DNA of 64,000 nucleotides from contig CAJXSO010000012.1 in the NCBI GenBank assembly GCA_913061505.1, positions 1,480 through 65,479 of the forward strand, read 5' to 3'. Source of the DNA: an uncultured Lutimaribacter sp. (GTDB lineage: Bacteria; Pseudomonadota; Alphaproteobacteria; Rhodobacterales; Rhodobacteraceae). Made by a program: the position numbers and the translations under genes. The first letter of the stretch is position 1. Every line of letters begins with the position of its first letter. Under the pieces are notes generated by a model. The model had not been told where the DNA came from, did no database searches, and was given only the letters and a program-made list of their open reading frames with translations. Shown here in pieces: positions 19,108-29,230 of the stretch.

Positions 19108-21282
19108 ATGAACACCGCAGATTTTTTAAACGCCCCGTTTCCGCCTGCCGTTTCCCTGCCTGATCTTGATCTGCAGGGGCCTGCGCGCTTTTTTAACCGC
19201 GAACTTAGCTGGCTGGGCTTTAACTGGCGGGTCCTGGAAGAAGCGGAAAACCCCCGTGTGCCACTGCTGGAACGGGTGCGGTTTTTGTCGATCTCGGCCA
19301 CCAATCTGGACGAATTTTATACAGTGCGCGTCGCAGGCCTGCGCGAATTGGCCCATGCCGGCAGCACCGTGCCCGCCGCCGACGGCATGACCGCAGCCCA
19401 GCAATTGGTGATGATCGACGAAGATGCCCGCCGCCTGATGGAGGCCCAGCAGCGCATCTTTTCCAACCTGCAGCGCGAAATGGCCGCGGAAAATATCGTG
19501 CTGATGAGCAGCGCCGATCTGGGCGAAGACCAGCGCAAGCATCTGGAAACGGTATTTTTGTCCAATGTTTTTCCGGTACTTTCGCCCCTGGCCGTAGATC
19601 CTGCGCACCCGTTTCCGTTTATCCCCAACACCGGCTACAGCCTGGCGCTGGAACTGGAACGCAAGCGCGACAAACGCGTGCTGCGCGCGCTTTTGCCAAT
19701 TCCGGCGCAGATCGACCGCTTTGTTCAGGTGCCCTCGGATGATGGGGTGTTGCGGTTTTTGCCGCTGGAAGAATTGCTGATCTTGACGCTCGATCACCTC
19801 TTTCCCGGCTACCGCCTGACCGGGCATTGCGCCTTTCGGGTCTTGCGCAACAGCGATCTTGAGGTGGAAGAAGAGGCCGAAGATCTGGTGCGCGAATTCG
19901 AAGTGGCGCTAAAACGGCGCCGCCGCGGCGAGGTGGTGCGCCTGACGATCTCGCATAACGCCCCAGCCGCGCTGCGCCGCATCATCATGGACGAGCTGCA
20001 CGTGGCCCCCGACGAGGTGATCGAGCTGGACGGCATGCTGGGCATGGCCGATCTGAAAGAGCTGGTGCTGGACAGCCGCCCCGATCTGTTATGGCCCATT
20101 TTCACCCCGCGGGTGCCCGAACGGGTGCAAGACCATGACGGCGATATGTTCGCCGCCATCCGCCAAAAAGACATGCTGCTGCACCACCCCTATGAAACCT
20201 TCGATATGGTGGTGCGGTTTTTAACCCAGGCCGCGCGCGACCCCAATGTGGTGGCCATCAAGCAAACGCTGTATCGCACCTCAAAAGACAGCCCCATCGT
20301 ATCGGCCCTGTGCGAGGCCGCAGAAGAGGGCAAATCGGTCACAGCCCTGGTCGAGCTGAAAGCGCGCTTTGACGAGGCCGCCAATATCCGCCAGTCGCGG
20401 CGGCTGGAACGCGCAGGCGCCCATGTGGTTTACGGCTTTATCGATTGGAAAACCCACGCAAAAATTTCCACCGTTGTGCGGCGCGAGGGCGACAGGCTGG
20501 TGACATACACCCATTATGGCACCGGCAATTACCACCCCATTACGGCAAAAATTTATACCGATCTGTCATTTTTCACCTGCGATGCCGCCCTTGGGCGCGA
20601 TGCCACCAAAGTGTTTAATTACCTCTCTGGCTACGCCCAACCCGAGCGGCTGGAAAACCTGTCGATCAGCCCCCACAGCCTAAAGCCCAAGATGCTCGAG
20701 ATGATCGCGGCCGAGGCCGAATTTGCCCGCCGCGGCAAACCTGCCGATATCTGGCTGAAAATGAACTCGCTGATCGAGCCTGACATGATCGATGCGCTTT
20801 ATGCCGCCAGCCAAGCCGGCGTGCGCATCAATTGTATCGTGCGCGGCATTTGTGGCCTGCGCCCCGGTGTGCAGGGCCTGTCGGAAAATATTCGCGTGAA
20901 ATCGGTGGTGGGGCGGTTTTTGGAACACAGCCGCATCATTTGCTTTGGCAATGGCCAGGGGTTGCCGGGCAAACAGGCGCGCGTTTTCATCTCGTCGGCC
21001 GATTGGATGGGGCGCAACCTGAACCGCCGGGTGGAAACCTTGGTTGATGTGCAAAACCCAACCGTCAAGGCGCAGATCGTCAGCCAAATTATGGCCGCGA
21101 ATCTGGCCGATGTGGCACAAAGCTGGGTGATGGCCGCCGATGGCAGCTTTGCCCGCGCGCAACTGACCGAAGGTCAATTTGCGTTCAACTGTCACAGGTT
21201 TTTCATGGAAAACCCTTCGCTATCTGGCCGCGGCTCGGCTGGCGCAAAAGATGTGCCGAAACTTACCCACACAGATGATTGA
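19108..21282 (+). CDS. ppk: Polyphosphate kinase 1
   Basis: 724 aa. FFNRELSWLGFNWRVLEEAENPRVPLLERVRFLSI, two PLD-like HKD regions (WKTHAKISTVVRRE, FLEHSRI). Confidence 0.95.
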   Translation: MNTADFLNAPFPPAVSLPDLDLQGPARFFNRELSWLGFNWRVLEEAENPRVPLLERVRFLSISATNLDEFYTVRVAGLRELAHAGSTVPAADGMTAAQQLVMIDEDARRLMEAQQRIFSNLQREMAAENIVLMSSADLGEDQRKHLETVFLSNVFPVLSPLAVDPAHPFPFIPNTGYSLALELERKRDKRVLRALLPIPAQIDRFVQVPSDDGVLRFLPLEELLILTLDHLFPGYRLTGHCAFRVLRNSDLEVEEEAEDLVREFEVALKRRRRGEVVRLTISHNAPAALRRIIMDELHVAPDEVIELDGMLGMADLKELVLDSRPDLLWPIFTPRVPERVQDHDGDMFAAIRQKDMLLHHPYETFDMVVRFLTQAARDPNVVAIKQTLYRTSKDSPIVSALCEAAEEGKSVTALVELKARFDEAANIRQSRRLERAGAHVVYGFIDWKTHAKISTVVRREGDRLVTYTHYGTGNYHPITAKIYTDLSFFTCDAALGRDATKVFNYLSGYAQPERLENLSISPHSLKPKMLEMIAAEAEFARRGKPADIWLKMNSLIEPDMIDALYAASQAGVRINCIVRGICGLRPGVQGLSENIRVKSVVGRFLEHSRIICFGNGQGLPGKQARVFISSADWMGRNLNRRVETLVDVQNPTVKAQIVSQIMAANLADVAQSWVMAADGSFARAQLTEGQFAFNCHRFFMENPSLSGRGSAGAKDVPKLTHTDD

Positions 21283-21333
21283 CCCCGGGCGCGCTTCGGC
21301 GCATTTTGGGGGCAATGAAGTGAAGGCAAGCTG

Positions 21334-22917
21334 ATGAACGGCACAGAAATTCCCGGCTCTGTTGATTGGGGCCCGTTTGGCAGGCCTTTGTTCAACGATC
21401 CTTCTGCCCGGGCGCTGGCGCGCGTGGGCGTGGTTGACGTTGGCTCGAACTCGGTGCGTTTGGTGGTGTTTGATGGCGCGGCGCGCAGCCCGGCCTATTT
21501 CTACAACGAAAAGATCATGTGCGCCCTGGGCCAGGGCCTAAGCGAAACCGGCAAGCTAAACCCACAAGGGCGCGCGCGGGCGCTATCGGCGCTGCGGCGG
21601 TTTCAGCATCTGGCCGAAGGTATGGGCATCGCGCCGCTCACAGCAGTGGCCACCGCCGCCGTGCGCGAGGCCAGCGACGGCCCCGCCTTTTGCCAAGAGG
21701 TGTTGGAACAGACCGGGCTAAAAATACACGTCATCGACGGGCTGGAAGAGGCGCGCCTATCGGCCCAAGGCGTGATGCTGGGCTGGCCCGGCGCCTATGG
21801 GCTGATCTGCGATATTGGCGGCGCCTCGATGGAGCTGGCGGAAATTGCCGGCGGCACGGTGGGGCGCTGCGTAACATCGCCCCTGGGGCCGCTAAAACTG
21901 GCCGCGATCAAGGGCGGAAAAAAGGGCCGGCGCGCCTATATTCGCAACGTGCTGGCCGAACTGGCACCGCAGCTTGGCCCGCAGGAAAACCGCCTGTTTT
22001 TGGTGGGTGGCTCGTGGCGCGCGATTGCCCGCATCGATATGGCGCGGCGGGGATATCCGCTGCATGTGCTGCACGAATACCGCATGAGCCGCAAATCCGT
22101 GCGCGCGACGCTGCAATTCATTTCCGATACAAAAGACCACGAGAAACTGCGCGCCATTGCCGGTGTGTCTGCCAGCCGCATGGCCTTGGTGCCCATGGCC
22201 GCCGAAGTGCTGCGCGAGGTGATCGGCGTGTTCAACCCGCATGATATTGCCATTTCCTCATACGGGATCCGCGAGGGGATGCTCTATCAACAAATGCCGC
22301 AAGAGCTGCGCAACCGCGATCCGCTGATCGAGGCCTGCCGCTTTGCCGAAGATAAAGACGCCCGCCTGCCGGGCTTTGGGCGCAATCTTTATAAATTCAT
22401 CCTGCCGCTCTTTGCCTCGGCCCCCGACGATCGCAAGCGGCTGATCCGCGCGGCCTGCCTGCTGCATGATGTCAGCTGGCGTGCCCACCCCGATTACCGC
22501 GCCGAAAGCTGTTATGATAACATGACCCGCGCCAATCTGGGCGGCTTGAAACATTCAGAACGGGTGTTTTTGGGCCTGGCTTTGATGCACCGCTACACCA
22601 ACAAACGCGAGGGCACACGCTTTGCCCCGATGCTGCGCTTGCTGGACGATAAGGAACTGCACATCGCCGAGGTGGTGGGCAAGGCCATGCGCTTTGGCGC
22701 CATGCTGTGGCTGCAGGGCGCCCCTTTGGGGGAAATGCGCTGGTTTCCCAAAAAGAAAGTGCTAGAGCTGTGGCTGAGCAAAGAGGCCGAGCCGCTTTTT
22801 GGCGAGGTGGCCGAGGCCCGGTTTAATTCGCTGGCCAATACTTTGGGTGCGCAAAGCGTGGTAAAAATCAGGCGCGAACGCGCCCAGGTTGCCCCAGCGC
22901 CCGAGGATGAAACATAA
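21334..22917 (+). CDS. ppx: Exopolyphosphatase (Ppx/GppA family)
   Basis: 527 aa. VVDVGSNSVRLVVF and ICDIGGASMELA (ASKHA phosphate motifs), plus a C-terminal HD-like region LLHDVSW. It lies immediately downstream of ppk. Confidence 0.9.
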   Translation: MNGTEIPGSVDWGPFGRPLFNDPSARALARVGVVDVGSNSVRLVVFDGAARSPAYFYNEKIMCALGQGLSETGKLNPQGRARALSALRRFQHLAEGMGIAPLTAVATAAVREASDGPAFCQEVLEQTGLKIHVIDGLEEARLSAQGVMLGWPGAYGLICDIGGASMELAEIAGGTVGRCVTSPLGPLKLAAIKGGKKGRRAYIRNVLAELAPQLGPQENRLFLVGGSWRAIARIDMARRGYPLHVLHEYRMSRKSVRATLQFISDTKDHEKLRAIAGVSASRMALVPMAAEVLREVIGVFNPHDIAISSYGIREGMLYQQMPQELRNRDPLIEACRFAEDKDARLPGFGRNLYKFILPLFASAPDDRKRLIRAACLLHDVSWRAHPDYRAESCYDNMTRANLGGLKHSERVFLGLALMHRYTNKREGTRFAPMLRLLDDKELHIAEVVGKAMRFGAMLWLQGAPLGEMRWFPKKKVLELWLSKEAEPLFGEVAEARFNSLANTLGAQSVVKIRRERAQVAPAPEDET

Positions 22918-22931
22918 GCCGCGGCACCGGC

Positions 22932-23612
22932 TTAAGCGGCTTTTTCAGAAATCTCTTCCCAGGCGCGATTGATCGCATGCATGCGCCGCTCGGCGATTTT
23001 GATCGCCTCTTGCGGCAAGCCCCGCGCCAGCAGGCGATCGGGGTGGTTTTCGCGCACCAGCTGTTTCCATGCCTGGCGCGCCTCGGCCAAAGGCGCCCCC
23101 GGCGCCACCCCCAAAATGCTATATGGGTCGGGCGGGGCATCGGGCACAAAACGGGCGCGCATGGCGGCAAATTGCGCCTCGCTGAGGCCAAAAATTTGGC
23201 CGACACGCGCCAAAAACGCATCTTCGCGCGGGTGATAGGTGCCATCGGCCATAGCGATAAAAAACAACCCCTCCAAAAGGTCACACAGCGGGCCTTGGGT
23301 TTGGTCAAACATCGCCCTGATTTTTTGGGCATATTCCTCGAACCCGGCCACATCTTGGCGGGCCAGGTTGAACACGCGGGCGGCCTGCGCCTCGTCTTGG
23401 GGGGCGATGTGAAAGACCTGCCGAAAGGCCGATACCTCGTCGCGCGTTACCTGCCCATCGGCCTTGGCCATCTTCGCGCCCAGGGCGATAACCGCAATCG
23501 TAAAGGCAACCGAGCGTTCGGGCGGCGTGCGCAAGCGATCAAAGACCGAAGACAGCGCCTCGCCCTTTGCCAATGCGGCCAATGCCTGCGATATGCGCGC
23601 CCAAATCGACAT
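22932..23612 (-). CDS. djlA: DjlA-like co-chaperone (TerB-like domain plus C-terminal J domain)
   Basis: The TerB-like repeat ADGQVTRDEVSAFRQVF / ADGTYHPREDAFLARV is present. The C-terminal J domain reads DPYSILGVAPGAPLAEARQAWKQLVRENHPDR. Confidence 0.8.
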   Translation of the reverse strand: MSIWARISQALAALAKGEALSSVFDRLRTPPERSVAFTIAVIALGAKMAKADGQVTRDEVSAFRQVFHIAPQDEAQAARVFNLARQDVAGFEEYAQKIRAMFDQTQGPLCDLLEGLFFIAMADGTYHPREDAFLARVGQIFGLSEAQFAAMRARFVPDAPPDPYSILGVAPGAPLAEARQAWKQLVRENHPDRLLARGLPQEAIKIAERRMHAINRAWEEISEKAA

Positions 23613-23654
23613 GGCGTAATCATACCGCGATTGGCGGCCAATGTCAGTGCGCCA

Positions 23655-24143
23655 TCACAGTATTTTTTGCATCAAAATCAAATCCAGCCAGCGGCCAAAT
23701 TTGTGCCCGACCTCGGGCAGGCGGGCAATTTCGGCAAAGCCTATCGAACGGTGAAACGCCACGCCTGCGGGGTTTTCGGCGCTCACCCCCGCCCAAAGCG
23801 AATGCACCCCCTGCCCCGCCGCATGCGATTGCAGCTGCGCCATCAACCGCCGCCCCACCCCTTGGCCACGGGCGGTGGGGGCCAAAATGATGGTGTGCTC
23901 CATCGTTCGGGCATAGCCCGGGCCATTGCGAAACGGCCCATATGTGGCAAAGCCTTGCAGCGCATCGCCCGCGTCAAACGCCAGAAAAAACGGCAAATCT
24001 TGCGCCGCCTTTTGGGCAATATCCTGCGCCAGCCCCTGGGGGGTTTTCAGCGCCGAGGTAAAGGTGATGGTGGTGTCGCGTATCACCGGGTTCCACAGAT
24101 CGGCAATGGCTGGGCTGTCAGCCGCTTGGGCCTGGCGGATCAT
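23655..24143 (-). CDS. GNAT N-acetyltransferase, phosphinothricin-acetyltransferase-like
   Basis: 162 aa. IADLWNPVIRDTTITF..., acetyl-CoA motif RGQGVGRRLM, and C-terminal GHKFGRWLDLILMQ typical of the PAT/MddA group. Confidence 0.8.
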   Translation of the reverse strand: MIRQAQAADSPAIADLWNPVIRDTTITFTSALKTPQGLAQDIAQKAAQDLPFFLAFDAGDALQGFATYGPFRNGPGYARTMEHTIILAPTARGQGVGRRLMAQLQSHAAGQGVHSLWAGVSAENPAGVAFHRSIGFAEIARLPEVGHKFGRWLDLILMQKIL

Positions 24144-24757
24144 TCCAGCACCACCGGGCCATTGGGTGTATCAAGATGCGCCACCAGCCCCGGCACCGGG
24201 CTGTTGAGGTATGCCACACGGGCGTCTTGCAACACGGGCGCCAGGGTATCGGCCAGCCTATCGGCCTGCGGATGGCGCAGCTGCAACTGCCGCAACCGCA
24301 CCCCAGAGGGCGGCAGGCTGTGACCGGGCAACAGCGTGCCACGGCCCCATTCGATAAGCGCGGGAAAACAGTTGTCATAGGGCAGGATACCGCTGTCGGG
24401 CACGGCCATTGTCCAGCGCAAATCGCCGCGGGCCAGCGCCACCGGCGCCCCTGCTTGTGGCAGGCACGACAGGCTTTGCGCCATATCATCGGTGCGGCAG
24501 ATCCAGTTGCCAAGCCGCGGCGCGCCGCTGAAACGATCCAGATCAAACCAGCGCGGGCCAAGCGGCGGCTGGGCCCCGGGATCGATGGCGATCAATTCCA
24601 AATACAGCCCATCTTCCAAGCCCAACAGCATATTATGCGTGCCATAGCGCGCATGCTGCCCCCCGGGGCGCAGCGCCACGCCCAGCAATTGCTCTAGGTG
24701 GTTTTGCCCTTCGGCCAATGTCGCGGCGGACACAGCGATATGATCCAGCGTCAGCAT
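24140..24757 (-). CDS. VOC (glyoxalase-like) family protein
   Basis: Start re-anchored to ATG 24757 (MLTLDHIAVSAATLAEG) with a GGGAG Shine-Dalgarno about 6 nt upstream. 4-nt overlap with the downstream GNAT gene. Confidence 0.7.
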   Translation of the reverse strand: MLTLDHIAVSAATLAEGQNHLEQLLGVALRPGGQHARYGTHNMLLGLEDGLYLELIAIDPGAQPPLGPRWFDLDRFSGAPRLGNWICRTDDMAQSLSCLPQAGAPVALARGDLRWTMAVPDSGILPYDNCFPALIEWGRGTLLPGHSLPPSGVRLRQLQLRHPQADRLADTLAPVLQDARVAYLNSPVPGLVAHLDTPNGPVVLE

Positions 24758-24878
24758 CCCGATCTCCCTTGCTTTTGCGCAGCATATACCGCCGGCCAGG
24801 TATTGAAACCTGCCCAATTCACCCCATTTTGATGCAAAGATAAGTTTTTTACTCAACTAAGTGAACGGAGGGACCGAC

Positions 24879-26060
24879 GTGCTTTTGCGTGCGATCGACA
24901 AGTTTTTCAGCCACGAGGCGTCGGGCGGCATTTTGCTGATGCTGTCGGCACTGGCCGCCCTATTGGTGGCCAATTCCAGCCTTGCCCCTTTTTATGAAGG
25001 GGCGCTTGGCAGCTATTTGCGCGTCACCCTGAATGGCGAAGGTTTGGAAAAACCGCTGATCCTGTGGATCAACGACGGGCTGATGGCCGTGTTTTTCTTT
25101 CTGATCGGGCTCGAGCTAAAGCGCGAGATGGTCGAGGGCAAGCTGAAAAACCCCGCCGATGTGGCCCTGCCCGGCATGGCGGCGGTGGGCGGTATGGCCC
25201 TGCCTGCGCTGGTTTTTGTGATGCTGAACTGGGGCACCCCGGAAACGCTGGGCGGCTGGGCCATCCCTGCTGCGACCGACATTGCCTTTGCGCTGGGTAT
25301 CCTGGCCTTGGTGGGCAGCAAGGCGCCTTCCTCGCTTAAGGTATTTCTGCTGACGCTGGCCATCTTGGATGACCTGGGCGCCATTATCATCATCGCACTG
25401 TTCTACACGGCCGAGCTAAAGGTGGATTACCTGATGCTGGCGCTGCTGCCGCTGGCGGGCTTGCTGTATTTGAACATCAAAGGCGCGCATCGCATTGCGC
25501 CTGCGTTGCTGCTGGGCACCATCATGTGGTTCTTCGTGCTGAAATCGGGCGTGCATGCCACGCTGGCGGGCGTTGTCACGGCCTTCCTGATCCCGATTAA
25601 AGACAAGTTCGGCAAATCGCCCCTGCATTCGCTAGAGCACGGCCTAACCCCTTATGTTCTTTACATGATCGTGCCAATCTTTGCCTTTGCCAATGCCGGT
25701 GTCGTGCTAAAAGGGCTTACCTTTAGCGATCTTTTAGCGCCGCTTCCCTTGGGCATTGCGCTGGGGCTGATTGTGGGCAAACAGGTGGGCGTGTTTGGCG
25801 TGACCTTCTTGATGGTGAAATTCGGGCTGGCGCGCATGCCCGCAGGCGCCAATTGGATGCATATCTATGGCATCGCCTGTTTGGCCGGCATCGGGTTTAC
25901 CATGTCGCTCTTTATCGGCTCGCTCAGCTACGCAGACCCGGCCCTGATGAACGAGGTGCGCCTGGGCGTGCTGTCGGGCTCGGCCATATCGGCGGTGTTG
26001 GGCTATAGCGCGCTGATACTGGCGGCCAAGCGCAGCACCGCTGCGCCCGCCCACGCCTAA
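24879..26060 (+). CDS. nhaA: Na+/H+ antiporter NhaA
   Basis: WINDGLMAVFFFLIGLELKRE and AIPAATDIAFALG (the conserved DD-region equivalents). 12-TM layout. GTG 24879 is preceded by GGAGG at a good distance; the track start is GTG 24861. Confidence 0.9.
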   Translation: MLLRAIDKFFSHEASGGILLMLSALAALLVANSSLAPFYEGALGSYLRVTLNGEGLEKPLILWINDGLMAVFFFLIGLELKREMVEGKLKNPADVALPGMAAVGGMALPALVFVMLNWGTPETLGGWAIPAATDIAFALGILALVGSKAPSSLKVFLLTLAILDDLGAIIIIALFYTAELKVDYLMLALLPLAGLLYLNIKGAHRIAPALLLGTIMWFFVLKSGVHATLAGVVTAFLIPIKDKFGKSPLHSLEHGLTPYVLYMIVPIFAFANAGVVLKGLTFSDLLAPLPLGIALGLIVGKQVGVFGVTFLMVKFGLARMPAGANWMHIYGIACLAGIGFTMSLFIGSLSYADPALMNEVRLGVLSGSAISAVLGYSALILAAKRSTAAPAHA

Positions 26061-26081
26061 AACCACCCCACAAAACCACCC

Positions 26082-26108
26082 AAAGGCCCGCCGTTTGGCG
26101 GGCCTTTT
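26082..26108 (+). terminator. Rho-independent terminator after nhaA
   Basis: GGCCCGCC-GTTT-GGCGGGCC, a perfect 8-bp stem, followed by TTTT. Confidence 0.85.
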
Positions 26109-26244
26109 GCATGGGGCATGGCAGTGGCCCTATCTGAATGGATAGGAAGATAGCCGGAAACTTGGGTTCTGCGCTGCGGCCAAACAGGCTAGGCTGGTGG
26201 CGCAATGGGGCTGGTGCAATGGGGCGGGGGCAAAACAGCGCGGC

Positions 26245-26823
26245 ATGTCAATTTGGCACACCATAAAAGGCTGGATGGGCCTTGGGGCAGACCCCGACAG
26301 CCAGGCGGTGCCCCACAAAGACACCCCCGCCACAGCGGCATCTTGGCGCCAATGGCACAGCCCACAGCCCAGCCCTGCCTTGCGCCGTGTGGCGCTGATT
26401 GGCCCGGCCCATGGGCACATATCGGGCGATGCACAGGCCCTGGCGCAGGCCCTGGCCCAGCTGGGGCTAGAGGTGGCCCAAGCCGCCGCACCGCAAACAC
26501 TGCTGGCACAGGTCGTCACCACGCCGCTGGAATGGCGCTTTGTGCTGGTCGATTGTGCGCCCGGCCCGCTGCCCCCGCCCCAAACCCAGGCGCTGGCCGC
26601 CTTTCATGCCAGCTGCCCCAGCGTGCCGCTGATCGCCCTGGCCGAGGCCCACACCGCAGCACACCTGCGGGCCCCGGGCGGGCTGCCCTGGGCGCGGGTA
26701 TTGGAAAAACCGCTATCGCCAGATACCGCTTTGCAGGGGCTTGGGGCGCTGGGCACGCAAAACAGCCGCGCCAAAGGCGGGGAAAACCAGCCCCCCCAAA
26801 ACGGGCCATGGCAGCTGAATTAA
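26245..26823 (+). CDS. Hypothetical stand-alone receiver-like protein (degenerate)
   Basis: Alternating beta/alpha pattern: RVALIGP...(no acidic pair)...RFVLVDC...VPLIALAEA...RVLEKPL (K-P motif). High GC3. Several competing shadow ORFs overlap, so coding status is tentative. Confidence 0.45.
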   Translation: MSIWHTIKGWMGLGADPDSQAVPHKDTPATAASWRQWHSPQPSPALRRVALIGPAHGHISGDAQALAQALAQLGLEVAQAAAPQTLLAQVVTTPLEWRFVLVDCAPGPLPPPQTQALAAFHASCPSVPLIALAEAHTAAHLRAPGGLPWARVLEKPLSPDTALQGLGALGTQNSRAKGGENQPPQNGPWQLN

Positions 26824-27488
26824 ACCAAACCCATCTGCTGCGCTTTCAGCACAGCCGAGGTGCGATTACGCACGCCCAGTTTGCGGCAAATGTTGCGCAC
26901 ATGCATTTTCACCGTGGTCATGGGCATCGAAAGCGCATCGGCCAGCTGCAAATTGGTGCTGCCTTTGGCCAAACCTGCCAGAACCTTTTGCTCGGCCTCG
27001 GTTAATCCAATTGCTACCCTTTGGGGAACGGTTTTTTTCAGCAATTGCTGTGGCAGATAGGCGGCACCATGGGCCACCAATTCTAAGGCTGCGATAATGT
27101 TAACCGCGGGCATAGATTTAGGGATAACACCCTGCACACCCAAATCCGCCACGCTGCCCAAACCATCTAGCGTGGCGTCAGAGGCGAACAAAACCAACGG
27201 ATTGTCAGGATACCGCCCGCGCACCGTGCGCACTGCACGCAGCAGCATGCGCTGCGGCAAGCCATCAGCCGATGCCAGAAAAATATCGCCAGGCGGTATT
27301 TCCAGCGCAGGCGATAGCACATCGCGCTGGCGCAGATGACAACAGGGGAAATTGCCCTGCTCTGCGATCGTGCGGGCCAAAACATCGCAGCCCAATGTGA
27401 AATCATCAAAGATCCAAACAGTTGGGTTGGGTGCCGCCACACCGTCTTTGCCCCGGGAACCGTAACATACTGGAACAGTTTTACTCAT
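26820..27488 (-). CDS. Orphan LuxR/FixJ-family response regulator
   Basis: Receiver-like N-terminus (TVWIFDDF, DIFLASADGLP, LVLFASD, GVIPKSM). C-terminal LuxR HTH LTEAEQKVLAGLAKGSTNLQLADALSMPMTTVKMHVRNICRKLG. No kinase gene adjacent. GC is about 50%. Confidence 0.8.
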   Translation of the reverse strand: MSKTVPVCYGSRGKDGVAAPNPTVWIFDDFTLGCDVLARTIAEQGNFPCCHLRQRDVLSPALEIPPGDIFLASADGLPQRMLLRAVRTVRGRYPDNPLVLFASDATLDGLGSVADLGVQGVIPKSMPAVNIIAALELVAHGAAYLPQQLLKKTVPQRVAIGLTEAEQKVLAGLAKGSTNLQLADALSMPMTTVKMHVRNICRKLGVRNRTSAVLKAQQMGLV

Positions 27489-27509
27489 GCGGTGATGCTG
27501 CAGTCTCTC

Positions 27510-27524
27510 TATATCTTAGATATA
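27510..27524. promoter_or_regulatory. Perfect 15-bp palindrome in the leader of the orphan LuxR-type gene
   Basis: TATATCT-T-AGATATA read directly, 22-36 nt upstream of the ATG at 27488 (minus strand). Candidate operator. Confidence 0.4.
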
Positions 27525-27727
27525 CCAGCCAGGCGGATTTTCGCGCTTTGGTTGCGGTATAAGCGATTTTGAGACCATTACCATCCAAAACCGTCATCGT
27601 GACAGCAGGCAATGGCGTTACTGCGCGGAAATAAGGGGAAAATCCGTTACCTTAAGATACCAAGCGAATTCCCACGGTAAGTGCCGCGGAAATTTGCTGG
27701 CATACAAACAAAAGTTTTGCGCAGGTA

Positions 27728-28645
27728 TCAGGCCTGATCGGGGGTGATCAGCTGTTGAAATTCGCGCCATTCGCCGGCGCTCATGCCAGAATTATCTTGT
27801 CGCACGTCTTCGCCCGCCAGCATGCGGCGCAAACACCCCAGCGCTGTGGCGCTTAGGGTGGCGCCGCCCATGCGGTAATCTTCGAATGCCTTATAGGCAA
27901 ATGGCACCCAATCGGCGACCACTTTGCAGATAGCATCGGCATAGACCCGGATTTCATACTGGGCATGCGCATCGGCCCGCAGGCGCAGGAAATGCAGCAA
28001 ATTATGCAGATCTACCTTCCAGTACCATTGCGTATAGATATTGGCGGGCAGGTTCATGCGCGCCAATTCGCGGGCCAGGCCCTGTTGGCCCTCTTGGCTG
28101 ATCATCTCTTCGTAATGGTCATAGGCGCGCATCGCATCATCGCGCAGATAGCGCAGCACGCGCTCGGCCTCGTCGCCCGACAGCGCCGCACCCCGGCCCT
28201 GGTTATTCACCACCGATTGCGCGGCCAGTGCCTCGGGCGCGGGGATGTAAAACTCGCGGTCCAGAATAGAATAGCGCGCGGAATATTCGTTTACATTGGC
28301 GGTGCGATGGCGGATCCACTGACGCGCCACGAAAACCGGCAGCTTCACATGCAGCTTGATCTCGCACATCTCGAACGGGGTCGAATGCCAATGCCGCATC
28401 AAATAGCGGATAAGCCCCTCGTCATTTTGCACAGATTTGGTGCCCTTGCCGTAAGACACACGCGCCGCTTGGCAAATGGCGGCATCATCGCCCATGTAAT
28501 CAATCACCCGCACAAACCCATGATCCAGCACCGGAATGGCAGAATAAAGATGCTGCTCGATCCCAGGCGAGACCGCCCGCAAAGTGGGCTGGGACTGGGC
28601 GCGCAAGGCATCGACTTCGGCCTGCTGGTCAACGGAAAGCGTCAT
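27728..28645 (-). CDS. thyX: FAD-dependent thymidylate synthase
   Basis: ThyX motif [14 protein letters not shown]. Start re-anchored to ATG 28645 ([12 protein letters not shown]...); the track ORF has a 59-aa extension. Confidence 0.95.
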   Translation of the reverse strand: MTLSVDQQAEVDALRAQSQPTLRAVSPGIEQHLYSAIPVLDHGFVRVIDYMGDDAAICQAARVSYGKGTKSVQNDEGLIRYLMRHWHSTPFEMCEIKLHVKLPVFVARQWIRHRTANVNEYSARYSILDREFYIPAPEALAAQSVVNNQGRGAALSGDEAERVLRYLRDDAMRAYDHYEEMISQEGQQGLARELARMNLPANIYTQWYWKVDLHNLLHFLRLRADAHAQYEIRVYADAICKVVADWVPFAYKAFEDYRMGGATLSATALGCLRRMLAGEDVRQDNSGMSAGEWREFQQLITPDQA

Positions 28646-28801
28646 TGATGGTCCTTTCGCAACGGGTGACTCGGGGCCTACTATATCTTGCGGGGTGGGC
28701 TGGTTGAACCACAAAATCACTGCGCCATTTGCGGGGCGGGTGCCCCTCGACATGGGCGCGAAAGACGCTAGTCTTTGGGCTATCAAAAACCGGAGCCCAA
28801 G

Positions 28802-29230
28802 ATGAAAATTCGCTATTTGCACACCATGGTCCGCGTCAAAGACCTAGAGGCCAGCATCGCATTTTTTGCCCTGCTCGGGCTAAAGAAAACCCGCCATTTC
28901 GACAGCGAAGCCGGGCGGTTTTCGCTGATTTTCATGGCGCCCGAGGGGCAAGAAGACTGCCCCGTAGAACTGACCTATAACTGGGATGGCGATGATGGCC
29001 TGCCCAGCGACAGCCGCCATTTTGGGCATTTGGCCTACGAGGTGGAAAACATCTACGACATGTGCCAGCACCTGATGGACAATGGCGTAACCATCAACCG
29101 CCCGCCGCGCGACGGGCGCATGGCCTTTGTGCGCAGCCCCGATAACATCTCGGTGGAACTGCTGCAGGCGGGCACCCCCCTGCCCCCGGCCGAGCCTTGG
29201 GCCAGCATGCCCAACACTGGCCATTGGTAA
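28802..29230 (+). CDS. gloA: Lactoylglutathione lyase (glyoxalase I)
   Basis: [22 protein letters not shown]...[11 protein letters not shown]...[49 protein letters not shown], a classical GloA. Confidence 0.9.
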   Translation: MKIRYLHTMVRVKDLEASIAFFALLGLKKTRHFDSEAGRFSLIFMAPEGQEDCPVELTYNWDGDDGLPSDSRHFGHLAYEVENIYDMCQHLMDNGVTINRPPRDGRMAFVRSPDNISVELLQAGTPLPPAEPWASMPNTGHW

